A stretch of 62,956 nt of DNA, filler included, from Reticulomyxa filosa (GCA_000512085.1; 21 parts of 21 records of this genome joined end to end with filler, not necessarily neighbours in it), one strand, 5' to 3'; positions 1 to 12,200 are shown, numbered from the whole stretch's first letter. Notes: generated by a model from the letters alone, not told the origin. A program made the numbers and translations.

Positions 1-478
1 GTTTGTCGATATTCATTGCATGAATCATTTATGTCAATATGAGGATTATTCTGCAATATGAGTTTCAATTCCTGATTGTCTGTTAATCAAACATTACCTA
101 ATTGTTCTTCTTTCAATTTCATTGTGAATTGAGTTGGGTCTTAGAAAAATATCTATTATAAAAATATATATGAAATCTATTGATCGAATATTGGAAGACA
201 TTATCCAATTGTAATGAAATCATTGTACATTTATCACAAATTTGAATTTTTCCATCGTCAAAGGCATTATTCAATTTTCTCTCATTTAAGTTCAATGGCC
301 TAATATTGTATGCATAATCTTTGCCTTGGTCAAAATGATCCAAGTAATAAGCAATGATTTGTTTTGTCTTGTCAAATGACAAAATAAACGCAAATACAAA
401 GGTATGACTCAATAATTTCAAACTTGGATTCAACAAATCTGCTTGTTCAATTTGATTGAAAAATATACACAACAACAC
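1..478 (-). pseudogene. Degenerate HEAT/ARM-like repeat protein fragment
   Basis: Repeated helical motifs LNERKLNNAF, QLDNVFQYSINRF and, in another frame near 90-120, KEEQLGNV. Stops and frame changes are present. Family assignment is from recalled similarity only. Confidence 0.35.
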
Positions 479-1606
479 TTTTTATTTGGTGCATCAAACA
501 TCAAATTATTTTGATAAAAAGGATTGAAAGAATATCCAATTAAATAGAGATCCAGATGAATATTATATGTCTCAAGTTTGTATAAAAAGAACAATGAAAA
601 CATAAATAATGATAGTTGTGTTAGTTTATAATAATAAATAATGTATTTAATTCATTTGACAAATATTTTGAAATTGAAGTATTGCATTTCTATAGAGGTT
701 TGAATATCCATTTAGTTTTATTTTTTTATTATTATATATTGTTTATAATGATAGAAAGAAGAATTCTCTTCTATAGAAAAAAATGCATTGTGTGCATGTA
801 TAAAGAAAAATGGACGTTATTATTAGTTTAATAAGACAGTACAAATCAATTGAATCAGAGTTCTTCTGTAATTGATTTTCATAGCATAATCTGAAATATC
901 TATACTCTGTTTGATGTTATCATTTGTACACGAGATAATCCTGAACATGCATTCCTAAAAACTACTCAGTTCTTCTTTTTTTTTTTCGCAAGTTCTTAAA
1001 ATAATGAAGCAATCTCGTTTCATTCTTAAGAAAACCATCTGGAGAAAAAATTGCGTCCAATATTGCACCAAAATATCCTTTTAATTCTCGCATTGCGTTT
1101 TCTTTCAAATTCCATAATTGGAGTTTTTTAACTGAAACCAATTTTGATTATTAGCTTTACCAAATGTGGTATAGTTGTCTTATTTGTAGCAACGGCAGCT
1201 ATCCTTTCTTTAGTGTTTTGCACAAAAACAGTTATGATCTCTTTTTTTATACAACTGACCAATTCCAACTTTGCTTGTTCGATTGTCTTTCATTTATTTT
1301 ATTTTTTAAACATCAAGTAGCAAAAGTTAGTTTTCATAAAGTGGACGATGGACATATAAACAATTTTCTATTTACTATGCAAATAAAAATTTAAAAACAA
1401 CTATTTCCTTAGAGAAGATAAAATCAAAAAAGTCAAGTCATGTGATAATATCATTGTTTTGGGATTTCAAATGACTGTCAAAGATTGAGCATTTATTTTT
1501 ACTGGAAGAGACATCCATTTCCACTATGTCACTGATATGCCTTTCAGTAGTGCAAAAGGAATAAAGTTGACCATTAACAAAAAAAAAAGAAATATTCAGC
1601 AGAAAT

Positions 1607-1984
1607 TTACCACTTGTAACGTGGCAACATTGATAAATACTTGATTGTTTTTAATCTTGGCTTTGCACATCCTGTCTTCCATGCAAAATGGTTAACTTGA
1701 TTTATCTGATATCTCTCTAAAATACCTTCTGTATACATTTGATCAAGTGCTCGCTCTAGGTCTTGGATATAAATATAAAACGAGAACTTTATTCTTTCCT
1801 CAATTCTTTTCCATCGCATTTCAATTTGAGCAGCTGACCAACAGTAATTGCCTTGAGAGAAACAGTGCTCAATCACATACATTATTATTGTATTTTTATT
1901 GTAATGTTTTTGTTTGAAATCTTTTTTATTAAATTTTTCTTTTTTTCTCATTCTTTTAATTTCTTCTATTTCTTCCTTTTCCAT
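1607..1984 (-). CDS. Hypothetical 125-aa protein, possible winged-helix C-terminus
   Basis: Intact intronless ATG-TAA ORF. DLERALDQMYTEGILERYQINQVNHFAW resembles a recognition helix plus wing (inference). First 9 codons (MEKEEIEEI) are shared with ORF 2229-3470. Confidence 0.5.
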   Translation of the reverse strand: MEKEEIEEIKRMRKKEKFNKKDFKQKHYNKNTIIMYVIEHCFSQGNYCWSAAQIEMRWKRIEERIKFSFYIYIQDLERALDQMYTEGILERYQINQVNHFAWKTGCAKPRLKTIKYLSMLPRYKW

Positions 1985-2026
1985 TGTTTTATCTAATTCT
2001 GTGTCTATTTATCAAATTCATTGTAT

Positions 2027-2221
2027 TTATTTATTGTGAGATAAAACGAGATAAACATAACATTCATCTTCATTTTCACAATAAACTAATGAATCAATCC
2101 ATCTTTTAGGATTATCTGTCATTAAATAATCCAAAGCAACTTTAGCTTGCTCGCCTAAATCTTCCCAACACATTTCTTTTGTATCTTCTTCAATGTTTCC
2201 TATACATTTTATCAAAGTCAT
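2027..2221 (-). CDS. Hypothetical 64-aa protein, cassette copy A small ORF
   Basis: Near-identical peptide (DYLMTDNPKRWIDSLVYCENEDECYVYLVLSHNK) in the paralogous copy at 3525-3719, with several synonymous differences. Confidence 0.55.
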   Translation of the reverse strand: MTLIKCIGNIEEDTKEMCWEDLGEQAKVALDYLMTDNPKRWIDSLVYCENEDECYVYLVLSHNK

Positions 2222-2228
2222 TGTTTAT

Positions 2229-3470
2229 TTAATATTTTTTGGATAAAGTAAGATGAAGTGAAAGATATCTCTTTATTTGTAAAACGAAACGCAAAACAAT
2301 ATTGTCTATGAGAATAGGACAGTCATTTAAATAGTAGTTGTTTTGTTTTTTAACCCATGCCTCAATATCATTTGGTGTAATTAATGTGTCAATTGGTACT
2401 CTTTGATGTGGCCATACTAACATATAAGGACTGAACAGTTTTACATGTTTACCAATGTAAACCAACAAAGAAAGGACTTGTTGAACGACATCAAGTAGAG
2501 TAATTTCATGTTCTTCCTTTTTTTGCTCATCGTCATTTTTTTTTTCTTCTTGTTGTTGTCGTTGTTGATCTTTCACAATTAAATCTTTGGCATACACACA
2601 AAGCATTTCAATACTAACGTCTTCTATAAAATCATAGCAAATTTTTCGACGACTTAAATAGTATTTCCATGCCTTCAATACCAAGATGGCAAATCGAGTT
2701 TCATTTCCAATGTGATCCTTTCTGATGTAATAGGTTCTCAAAATTGTAAACACAATATCCATGTTTTGATTTAAAAAATCAATATATTTGTGATCTTGGA
2801 TTGCATTTTTATATTGATTATAATTTGACACCAAATCATATGCCATCTTTTCAACTTCCTCAGAATTAAATAAGTGTAAGTGTTGTTTATTTCCTTTGAA
2901 ATTAAATTGACAATACTTTTGTCTTTCATAAGTAAATGCAACAAAAATGTTAAATTCACATTTGCCATATTTAATCCGCAGGCCTCTTTCAGAATACAGT
3001 CGTTCTTTCTCGAAATATTTGCGTATCCAAGCTAATATCTGCTGTTGCTTTTTTTCGGCATAATAAAGGTTATGTTTGTTATTTTTGCCCAATTGAAATA
3101 AAAATATAATGATGGAATTATGTTTATGACGGATAGCCAATCTATTTTGTAGACATTCACCTAATATTGCTCCATATACTTGTGAAAATGGACAATTTTT
3201 CTCATATTGACAGGCTTGCATTAATTCTTTTGTAAATTTGTTCACAACTTTACACACTTCATTTTTCTTTTCATCCAATAAAATATTTTTTTTGATTATT
3301 TGTTTGTAATATTTATGTACTTTCTTATCTTTTTTGTAATTGTCGCAAATATGTTTTGTCCTTATTCTGTATTCTATTGGTACAGTCCACGCACGAATAT
3401 AATCTTCGAATTTGCGCCTTAATTCCATCTTTTTTAAGGCTTGAATTTCTTCTATTTCTTCCTTTTCCAT
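2229..3470 (-). CDS. Hypothetical 413-aa protein, cassette copy A large ORF
   Basis: Long intronless ORF in AT-rich DNA, collinear and highly similar to the copy at 3720-4921. Confidence 0.75.
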   Translation of the reverse strand: MEKEEIEEIQALKKMELRRKFEDYIRAWTVPIEYRIRTKHICDNYKKDKKVHKYYKQIIKKNILLDEKKNEVCKVVNKFTKELMQACQYEKNCPFSQVYGAILGECLQNRLAIRHKHNSIIIFLFQLGKNNKHNLYYAEKKQQQILAWIRKYFEKERLYSERGLRIKYGKCEFNIFVAFTYERQKYCQFNFKGNKQHLHLFNSEEVEKMAYDLVSNYNQYKNAIQDHKYIDFLNQNMDIVFTILRTYYIRKDHIGNETRFAILVLKAWKYYLSRRKICYDFIEDVSIEMLCVYAKDLIVKDQQRQQQEEKKNDDEQKKEEHEITLLDVVQQVLSLLVYIGKHVKLFSPYMLVWPHQRVPIDTLITPNDIEAWVKKQNNYYLNDCPILIDNIVLRFVLQIKRYLSLHLTLSKKY

Positions 3471-3524
3471 TCTTTCATCTAATTCTGTGTCTATTTTTCA
3501 AATTCGTTTGTATTTATTTATTTA

Positions 3525-4921
3525 TTATTTATTATGAGACAGAACAAGATAAACATAACATTCATCTTCGTTTTCACAATAAACTAATGAATCAATCCAT
3601 CTTTTAGGATTATCTGTCATTAAATAATCCAAATCAACTTTGGCTTGCTTACCTAAATCTTTCCAAAAATATTCATATGAATATTTTTCAATGTTTTCTG
3701 TACATTTTATCAAAATCATTGTTTTTAAATATTTTTGGATAAAGTAAAAGATATCTCTTTGTTTGTTAACAAAACGCAAAACAATATTGTTCACGAGAAT
3801 CGGGCAGTCATTTAAATAATGATCGTTTAGTTTTTTGACCCATGCCTCAATATCATTTGGTGTAATTAATGCGTCAATTAATACTCTCTGATGTGGCCAC
3901 ACTAACATACCAGAACTGAACAGTTCTATATGTTTATCAATGTAAACCAACAAAGAAAGAGATTGTTGAACAATATCAAGTAGAGTAATTTCTTGTTCTT
4001 CCTTTTTTTGCTCATCATCATTTTTTTTTCTTCTTGTTGTCGTTGTTGATCTTTCACAATCAAATCTTTGGCATATACACAAAGCATTTCAATACTAACG
4101 TCTTCTATAAAGCTTTTGATCATTTTTCGACGAAGCAAATAGTATTTCCACGCTTTTAATACCAAGATGGCAAATCGAGTTTCAGTTCCAATGTGATTCT
4201 CTCTGATGTAATAGGTTCTCAACATTGTAAATACAATATCCATGTTTTGATTTAAAAAATCATCATATTTGTGATTTTGTATTTGAGCATCTTGGATTGC
4301 ATTTTTGTATTGATTATAACTTGACATCAAATCATGTGCTATCTTTTCAACTTCCTCAGAATTAAATAAACGCAAATGTTGTTTGTTTCCTTTGAAATTA
4401 AAGTGACAATACTTTTGCCTTTCATAAGTAAATGCAACAAAAATGTTAAATTCACATTCACTATATTTAATCCACAGACTTCTTTCAGAATATCGTCGTT
4501 TTTTGAAATATTTGCATATCCAATCTAATATCCGTTTTTGCATTTTTTTGGCATAATAAAGGTCATGTTTGTTGTTTTTGTCCAATTGAAACAAAAATAT
4601 AATGTTCGAATTATGTTTATGACGGATAGCCAATCTATTTTGTAGACATCCACCTAATATTGCTCCATATACTTGTGAAAATGGACAATTTTCCTCAGCT
4701 CGACAGGCTTGCATTAATTTTTTTGTAAATTCGTTTGCAAATTTACACAGTCTGTTTTTCTTTTCATCCAATAAAATATTTTTCTTGATTATTTGTTTGT
4801 AATATTTACGTACTTTCCTATCTTTTTTGTAATTGTCGCAAATATGTTTTGTTCTTATTCTGTATTTCATTGGCACGATCCACGTGTGAATGCTCTCTTC
4901 TAGTTTACACCTTGTTTCCAT
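3525..4921 (-). CDS. Cassette copy B: paralog of the 413-aa ORF fused to the small ORF, with a 1-nt frameshift in an A9 run
   Basis: ORFs 3926-4921 and 3525-4082 join if the T9 at 4021-4029 is T10, as in copy A (2536-2545). The C-terminus reads in frame into the small-ORF homolog (QKYLKTMILIKCTEN). Confidence 0.65.
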
Positions 4922-5008
4922 CTTTTTTAAGGTTTGAGTTTGTTCTGTTTTTTTTCTTCAATACAAAAATTTATTATGTTACAATTCAAATAAAGATTTT
5001 TTACAAAC

Positions 5009-5573
5009 TTACATAGTTCTTCCCCAATCCTTATCTTTCTTAACAAATGGTAATCCATTGTTTACTGTAGTTATCACTGCATCTTCAATATCACCACGAA
5101 CTGTAATATTCTTTTCAGAACAGAAAATACAAAATAAATTCACATCATTATTGCAACAACGTCTTCTCATAAATTTATTCATTCTCATTTTGTATTTTTG
5201 TTCATTATTATCTTTCAACTTCCATTTCTCAAATTTAAACAGCAATGAACACGCTTTTTCCATATTTCCTTCACAATAATAATTAAGAACAACATAAATA
5301 AGATTTAAATCTACACAATGATTCCACATTGAACTAATTTCAAGAGTCTGATCAATGAATTCATCGTATTTCACCCATGTCAATAATATCATTTGTGTAT
5401 ATTCATCTTCACTTTCCACTTTTGCATTCCATGAAAGTAATTCTTTATGTGCTTTTTCATCATGAATAAATGATACCCATGATCTTGAAAACAAAATTTC
5501 ATGCTCATGTTTAAATGGGGATATCCATAATACATCACAACTATCAATTGTACTTGATCGTCTCATAGAAGGA
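5009..5573 (-). CDS. 3' part of an ADP-ribosyltransferase-like family protein (5'-truncated at contig end)
   Basis: PSMRR...SCDVLWISPFKHEHEILFSRS fits the S-x-F-x-x-E-x-E-hydrophobic catalytic strand of R-S-E mono-ARTs, followed by a helical C-terminal region. Confidence 0.55.
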
Positions 5574-5673
5574 NNNNNNNNNNNNNNNNNNNNNNNNNNN
5601 NNNNNNNNNNNNNNNNNTTAATTAATTAANNNNNNNNNNNNNNNNNNNNNNNNNNNNNNNNNNNNNNNNNNNN
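5574..5673. other. Artificial contig linker (N44-TTAATTAATTAA-N44), first of 20
   Basis: Identical 100-bp spacer with stops in all six frames. Starts at 5574, 7293, 13975, 15097, 16347, 19902, 22317, 27952, 29145, 33178, 36519, 44605, 48170, 49369, 50505, 51898, 56383, 57522, 59429 and 61715. Segments either side are not necessarily adjacent in the genome. Confidence 0.98.
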
Positions 5674-6195
5674 GCGACAAAGGGGGTTGTTGGTCTTCGT
5701 ATTGACAATGTCGATGGTGTGTTTGTGGACAATGTTTCGATCAAATATTTAAATAATTGGGGTGAAATGGGCCATTACACTTGCAACAATGACAGTGATC
5801 CATCGCATATTGTGTATTCTTCTCGATCTACTATCCCTACGAACCACTACGAGGCTACTGCCACTCGTGCCATTAGTGTAATTAATTCTAAACATGTCTT
5901 CTTTGGAGATATTCATATTCACAAGATTGCCTCTTCCTATGGCAATGCCTTTGGTCTTCACGTGTTTGATAATCTCACCGATTTCCAATTTTTTGATAAC
6001 TTTGTTGTTGATGGCGTTGCTGCTGCGTCTTCATTTACTCATTCCGATGTCCTTTCTGTTACTCGCACACCCATTCCAAACTATCTCCCTTATTCTTGTG
6101 CTTTCGCTTTGCCTTCTTCGTCTTCCTCTTTTTATAATGCCTCTTATCTTCATTCCTCTAATATTTACGGCCACTCTACTTGTCCTCCTTTTTAA
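5674..6195 (+). CDS. C-terminal part of a right-handed beta-helix (pectin-lyase-like) protein, partial
   Basis: Open frame from the contig start with beta-coil repeats: KGVVGLRIDNVDGVFVDNVSIKYLNNWG, RAISVINSKHVFFGDIHIHKIASSYGNAFGLHV, NFVVDGV. Confidence 0.55.
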   Translation, partial: ATKGVVGLRIDNVDGVFVDNVSIKYLNNWGEMGHYTCNNDSDPSHIVYSSRSTIPTNHYEATATRAISVINSKHVFFGDIHIHKIASSYGNAFGLHVFDNLTDFQFFDNFVVDGVAAASSFTHSDVLSVTRTPIPNYLPYSCAFALPSSSSSFYNASYLHSSNIYGHSTCPPF

Positions 6196-6987
6196 ATTTC
6201 TATTTCTCTCTGTTCTGTATTTATGTTTATATCCGTCCATCTTTAGTTTATTTTTATTTTGCTCACTCTTTCTTTTATTTGGACTATGTTAATTTTTTTT
6301 TTGGTTTGGAAATCATTAATGTAGTACTTGTTATTTCTCGAAACATCTTCAGTAAGTTGAACAGATGTTTGAGGAAGCATTGTTTTAATTTGGATTACTT
6401 TTACTTTTCTTTGTTTGTCATTTATTTCGTTTGACTTGCCAGTTTTTTTTTAATAACTTTAATTTATGCTATCCCACTGTTTATGTCAACACATAAGTCG
6501 AAGATTATCAAATAATCCCAGAAACTTGTTTGGTATTAATCCTTTTTTTTTTGTCTTTCTAAAAAAGAAATATCTCCAGAAAAGTCAAACAATGAGCAAA
6601 TGCATATGCTACACAAAAGCAAATAAAATTCAATAAGAATAAAATGGATAACACCAGTGCAAAATCCACAAATAATATTACAGGACGTGAGAAAACTGTA
6701 TTAAAAAAAAAAAGGGTAGCCTCGGCACAACTCTTCTTTTGCTACGTAATGACCACACCAAATACTTTTAAAATAAAAACCATTGGTGACACCAACCAAA
6801 GAAAAAAATGAACAAAAAAAAAAAGCAATTTGGAGGAAGGGGGAAAAAAAAAGCAAATGGTAGAAGAAAAAAAGGAACAAGAGAAGGGAGGAGAGAAAGA
6901 GAAAAAAAAAACAACACCAAACCAAAATCAAATGAAATCAAATGGAAATGAATAAACCAAAAAAAAAACAGGATCTCAAGAAAAAGA

Positions 6988-7260
6988 CTACTCGATTTGA
7001 TCTATGCTTAGTCTCATCAAATACGTGCGAGGTGGTAAATATTGAACGGTAGCCATAAATTTGGCACACAAATCTAAGAAAGGAATTGTGTCTCCAGCAA
7101 GTTTTTGGATGTCTAAAAGATACCATCGGTATTGTTCACGTACTATTTCATCCGAAAGCTGATTCGCTTCATTGGTCGAAATGTATTTCACGTCCCCAAA
7201 CCGGTGATGAATATGAGCATACATATGATGATATGGGGGTGCACCTTTCGTTCCATTTTT
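6988..7260 (-). CDS. Terminal exon of a hypothetical protein (partial)
   Basis: GC-richer open frame KNGTKGAPPYHHMYAHIHHRFG...LSIDQIE* after an A-rich intron-like tract at the contig end. Confidence 0.4.
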   Translation of the reverse strand, partial: KNGTKGAPPYHHMYAHIHHRFGDVKYISTNEANQLSDEIVREQYRWYLLDIQKLAGDTIPFLDLCAKFMATVQYLPPRTYLMRLSIDQIE

Positions 7261-7443
7261 TTTAAAAAAAAAGAAGGATTTTTTTTTTTTTTNNNNNNNN
7301 NNNNNNNNNNNNNNNNNNNNNNNNNNNNNNNNNNNNTTAATTAATTAANNNNNNNNNNNNNNNNNNNNNNNNNNNNNNNNNNNNNNNNNNNNTTTTTTTT
7401 TTTTTTTTTTTTTTTTTTGGAAAAAAAAAAAAAAAATGAATAG

Positions 7444-7713
7444 CATATCTTAAAATTACAACAAGAACTCCTCGAAAGCAAATATAACAAACTCTTATTG
7501 ATTCAACAAACGTCGTCAGAAATGGAGCGAATGCGCAGCTTGTTGCGATTGTACAATCCAAATTACCGATATCGACGAATTTTAGATCGATTGCTTGAAG
7601 ACAATCGATATCAGGTATTGCTTGACAGATTATCTGACGACACTTACCAACCTCATGAATTAGATGCTTTGTTGGCCCATATTGCCCATTTAAAACATCA
7701 ACAGAGATTCTAA
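7444..7713 (+). CDS. Terminal exon of a hypothetical helical protein (partial)
   Basis: AG acceptor at 7442-7443 after a poly-A tract, then HILKLQQELLESKY...HQQRF*, with an internal repeat YRRILDRLLED / YQVLLDRLSDD. Confidence 0.5.
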   Translation, partial: HILKLQQELLESKYNKLLLIQQTSSEMERMRSLLRLYNPNYRYRRILDRLLEDNRYQVLLDRLSDDTYQPHELDALLAHIAHLKHQQRF

Positions 7714-9230
7714 TAGAAGTCTGGTTGGTTTTTGATGTTTATTCATATCTCCTCATCTTATTTTTTTTAAAAATGGCTTGTGGTGCTTTTTTTTTTTTTT
7801 GTGTGTGTTTTGTGGATAATGTGGCTTGGTTCTGTGCTGTTGTTCTATTTTTTTTGTTGTTATTGTTTACCCTTCCAACCACTTATCCTTATGTATAATG
7901 TTGGCACCTTCACGGTTTGTGTTGTTCTTATAAGTTTCTTTTTGTTTTGTGCAGTTTTATTTGTTCCAAGCTCTTTTTTAAATTTTGTTTGGTTTGAGAT
8001 TTGAGTCCATGTGTTTACTCTAAAAAAAAGAATTGTCTCACACAAATTAAAACGTTCTTCCAAATGCTAATGTTCTTAAACTTTCGATGATCTTGTTGCT
8101 GCCTTTATCATGTGTCAGTGAAGTGAGTCCAATTTATGCTTAGTGCTTACATACATTTGAACACTAATACACGCTGACGCTTTTTCATATTTTTTTAATT
8201 GAAACATTTTACATTGCACATAATTTACTGCACTGAACGAGTTTACATTATTGGATTAGTAATAATTTTTATTTAAAAACGTGTAAAATGCAGTTAACTA
8301 AAAAACGAAATAATAATTATATGAAACAAAAGATTATTTCATGTTAAGTTAGTGGAACTTATAACAACTAAGTGCTAAAGTGTGCATCAATACAAATATA
8401 AGAAATTATATAAATATTTAAAGTAAAAGAAGTATGAAAATTTAGCAAACGGCATTTTAATGCAGTAGTGACTCGGAAAATATCAGTTTTGTCATTTAAA
8501 TATTAAAAAACTATGTTTTGATATCTCACAACACTTTTTTTTCGTCAGACAGTTGATGAATATCTTAAAATTAGTATTTAAATTTTGAGATGTTATTCCA
8601 CCAGACTCACAATGGCAAAAGGAAAAAGCGATATTGGCGACACAAACTGTATCAAGTACAAACACTGTAAAGTAAAGCACTTAAAAAGCATTAGCTTCAA
8701 GCAAAGTCTAACTTTTAAAAATTAAAATAGTTATATTTTGAAAGGTAAATAATGTATTTTTTATTGCTTAGCGTTATTTGTTTTTCTGAAAGGTCACATT
8801 ACTAATATCATGTTTCGAAGAAGAATACGTTGTTGTTTACCAGAAATTTCTAACTTTTTCAAAGTAATGAGTAAATGACACATATACATATAAACATAAC
8901 AATCAAACTTCATTACGGATATATTATCAGTTGCGTATTTTTCTCAGTGTAACTCGTACAAGAAACAATTGACACCGTCTTAAGTATATGTTTACTGACA
9001 AAGAAATTAATTGATATGTACTTAAAATCTGCAAACGAAGTTAATGAAACTAATTTTTAAACCCAAAATCAAAATTCTTTTTTTATGCTAGATAGATTGC
9101 TGAGTTATTTCGTTTTATTTGTATTAGTGCTATGTCCGTTTATGATTGTATATCTTAGACTTGGAAATCTTATTGTTCATTTTTTAAAAAAAGAATTTTA
9201 GGAAAGTTCGTGAACTAATATACTTATTTC

Positions 9231-12200
9231 ATTCAATGTTAGATTTTTTCAAACCATTATTTAAAGGTTCACTTTCTGCTTGCTGTTCCTTTAATTTTTG
9301 TTCAAATACTGCAAATTCCTTCAATTTTGCTTCTTTCTCTTCCATTAAGGTCTGTAGCTTCTATGTTTTTGCCAATTTTGTTCCGAACATTGCCAAATAC
9401 ACAAATAAAAAAGAAATACATGTATCATTTCATCTTGTTCATGCAAAGAATTGGACAAAAATTCAATCATTTCCAGCTCATTGACAGACGAAGTTTCACT
9501 TAATTTTCGATTTTCATCTGTTAAAATTTGAAAAATATTAACTAACAAAAGAGCAGAAGTCTGATAACACAACTAAACTCAGCAAAGTTGCGTTTTTTGA
9601 GTTCACATATGCCAATTGTTTTTGCAAAACAAATATCATTTCTTCAAGTTTAGCAATTCTCTGTGCTCCATTATGCTCTCTTTCCTCTCTTAACTCATCT
9701 TCTAACATATTTACATCTTTGTGTTGCCTCAGTTTGATTTGATATAATTCCTCAAGCTCTTGGATTTTACTTATTTTAGCTTGCAATGATTCTTCCAACG
9801 TTTCAATTATTGACTTAAAAATTTAGCATTTGTATTGTTTAAAAAAACAGCTAAAATAGGCTTCTGATTGTCACAATTTGAGTATTTTAAGTGAAAGTGC
9901 AGATGTAGCTTATCACTACAGAAGAAAATTTAATACTACAAAATAATATTTGCACTTAACTATATTTTTGTCATTTTCGGTAGAATACTTTTGTATCATT
10001 TCAAACAAAAACTTGGCTGCCATTTGTTGATCCAGAGTGCCTCCATTTCCTGCAATCATCGACAACTCTCTGAGCAAATAGGTAGCAAGTGCAATGAAAG
10101 TAATACATTTGAGTGTTTTGAATACGTATAAATTTAACAGATAGTACCCACACCTGTTTGTTTTTGCCAAGATCATATTTTTTTGTTCTAAAGCTTCTTT
10201 ATGAAGAGCTCCTTGCTTCCGGAGGATGTGTTCCAGATTTTGAATTTTGTGATCTTGCGAGCGCATTTTGTCTTGCATTTCACTCCATCGTCTTAACTTT
10301 TCATCTTTTCGTCGTCGCAACTCGGTGATTTGCGACGTTAAATCGACCATCTTACGGTTGTAATTGCTCATAAATTCGTTTATCTTTGTCCTCAGTGTTG
10401 CACCATCAGAAACATTTCGGTCAATCTGCGCTGTTAACCCACTGAACATTTCGTATAATTTTTTCAGCTCTTTTTCCTAAATTTTCATAAGGGGTGCAAA
10501 GTACTTTTTTCTTTGTTTCTCCATCTTCAGGATATTTAACTTGTGCGAGTATTTGTCTTTGCAAGCTGGCATTGATACATTTATAATCTTGCAGTGTTTT
10601 GGCGCAGTTGTCCCCATTCAACTCATTGAGCTCTTCATTTTTGAGGTTTACTTCTTGGCGTGTTTGATACAAACGTGCCTGCAGCTGTTCGTTAGCAAAA
10701 AAAAGCAAATTAAATGCTCGATGAACAAAAAGTTATTCTTTGCTCTCAATCTGTTGGCAATATTAACTTGACCAGAATATTTTCTCATTGCATCTTGCAA
10801 AACCAAAGCGCTGCCCTTTTCGGTGTTGTCTGTCGGCAAACTTTTTTGATTAGCTGTGGGAATTGTATTTGAGTCTTGTTTCCCGTTCTATCAAATATTT
10901 TCAAAAATGCCATTTTAACAAATCAATTTTTGTACAATCGAGTCCGTTTCGTTATCAAAAAAGACAAACCAATTTTTGCATTGTGTCAATACAACGATAA
11001 AAATTCTGGCATGTTGAAATATCAAGAGTAATGTTTAATTTCTCCAACAGCCTATTTTTCAATTTATATTAAAAATAAAATGTCCTTTTTGATTTAAGTA
11101 TAAAAAGTGTGGTTAACAGTTTTTTAACATTGTAATCTCTTTGATAGGGAGAATATCATTTTCGAATTGGAAATACTCATTGTCATCCCTTTGCGAAGAA
11201 AGTAAGAGTTTTTGATAACTTTCAGAAAACTGTAAAAAAGGGGGAATCCGCTGATTTTGAGAGCAAGTTTGAATCAGTTGGGCCAAATATTCTACTTTAA
11301 CATTAAGTAATTTTGAATAACGATATAATCCCAGAAGATCAACATGCTCGAGGGATTCACTTGCTGCTGATGATTTGTTATGTTTTGTTTGGCTAGCCGG
11401 TTCCTTTGTGATTGTTTTTATTTGTTTCCCGTGTTAGAAGGTGTCCCTCTTTATTCGGGAAAATGATTTGCTTTGCTTGATTGGCTACAAGATTGCAGAG
11501 AAGAAAACAAACAGAGGAGAAGGGAGAAGAAAGAAAAAAAAAAGAAAAAGAAAAGGGAACTTGACACTCAAAAGTTGGATTAGTGACAGTGCAAGACGAA
11601 TTTTTTTGTTGGTGCTGGGCAGAAAATGGAGTCTTATCGACACCAGTGGTGAGAGGGACACTAGCGCACTGCGAAGAACACATTTGTTTGGTATTTGAAA
11701 TTTGTTGAACAATAGTGCAAGCAATAACCTCTTGCACCTTTTTTTCGATGCGTTTCATTGATGTTTCAACAATGCCAGAAATGTTATTCAAAAATTGTGC
11801 ACTCGTATCTTCGTCGTTATTTTTGGCATTGCACTCAGCAACGCAAATTTGCTGAGCCGAAGGTGTCTCACTTCCGTTACATTTTAGACGCTCAACAGTT
11901 GTGTTTGCCGTATCTGTGTGTATACTTCCTTGCAAAAAAGAGCTACTCCGAATTGGAGTTGAGCCAACAACACAAACTTGCTCTGCTACTTCAAAGCTAT
12001 TGGCTTTGCTTTCATCATCAGAGGTGATTTTGTTCTTTTCTCGTATTGCATTTTCTTCTGCTTCGCTCTTTTTCCCGCTTTCTTCGTCATTCTTTATCTG
12101 AGCTTTTGCTTTGGTTAACGATTTTTTTAAAACCGAGTCGATAATTTGATCTTGTGAGGTTTCTTCTATGTTTTCCTCCTTTTTTAATCGTTTTTTTCCC

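Larger units (their letters stand above)
1958..4937. repeat. Tandem duplication, unit ~1.49 kb (1958-3443 and 3444-4937)
   Basis: aatttcttctatttcttccttttccatt occurs at 1958 and 3444; ttccatctttttt(t)aagg(c/t)ttga at 3423 and 4916. Proteins are collinear throughout. Confidence 0.92.

Noticed and set aside
1030-1130. ELKGYFGAILDAIFSPDG (minus strand) as a WD40 gene
   Set aside because: A single degenerate half-repeat; insufficient to annotate.
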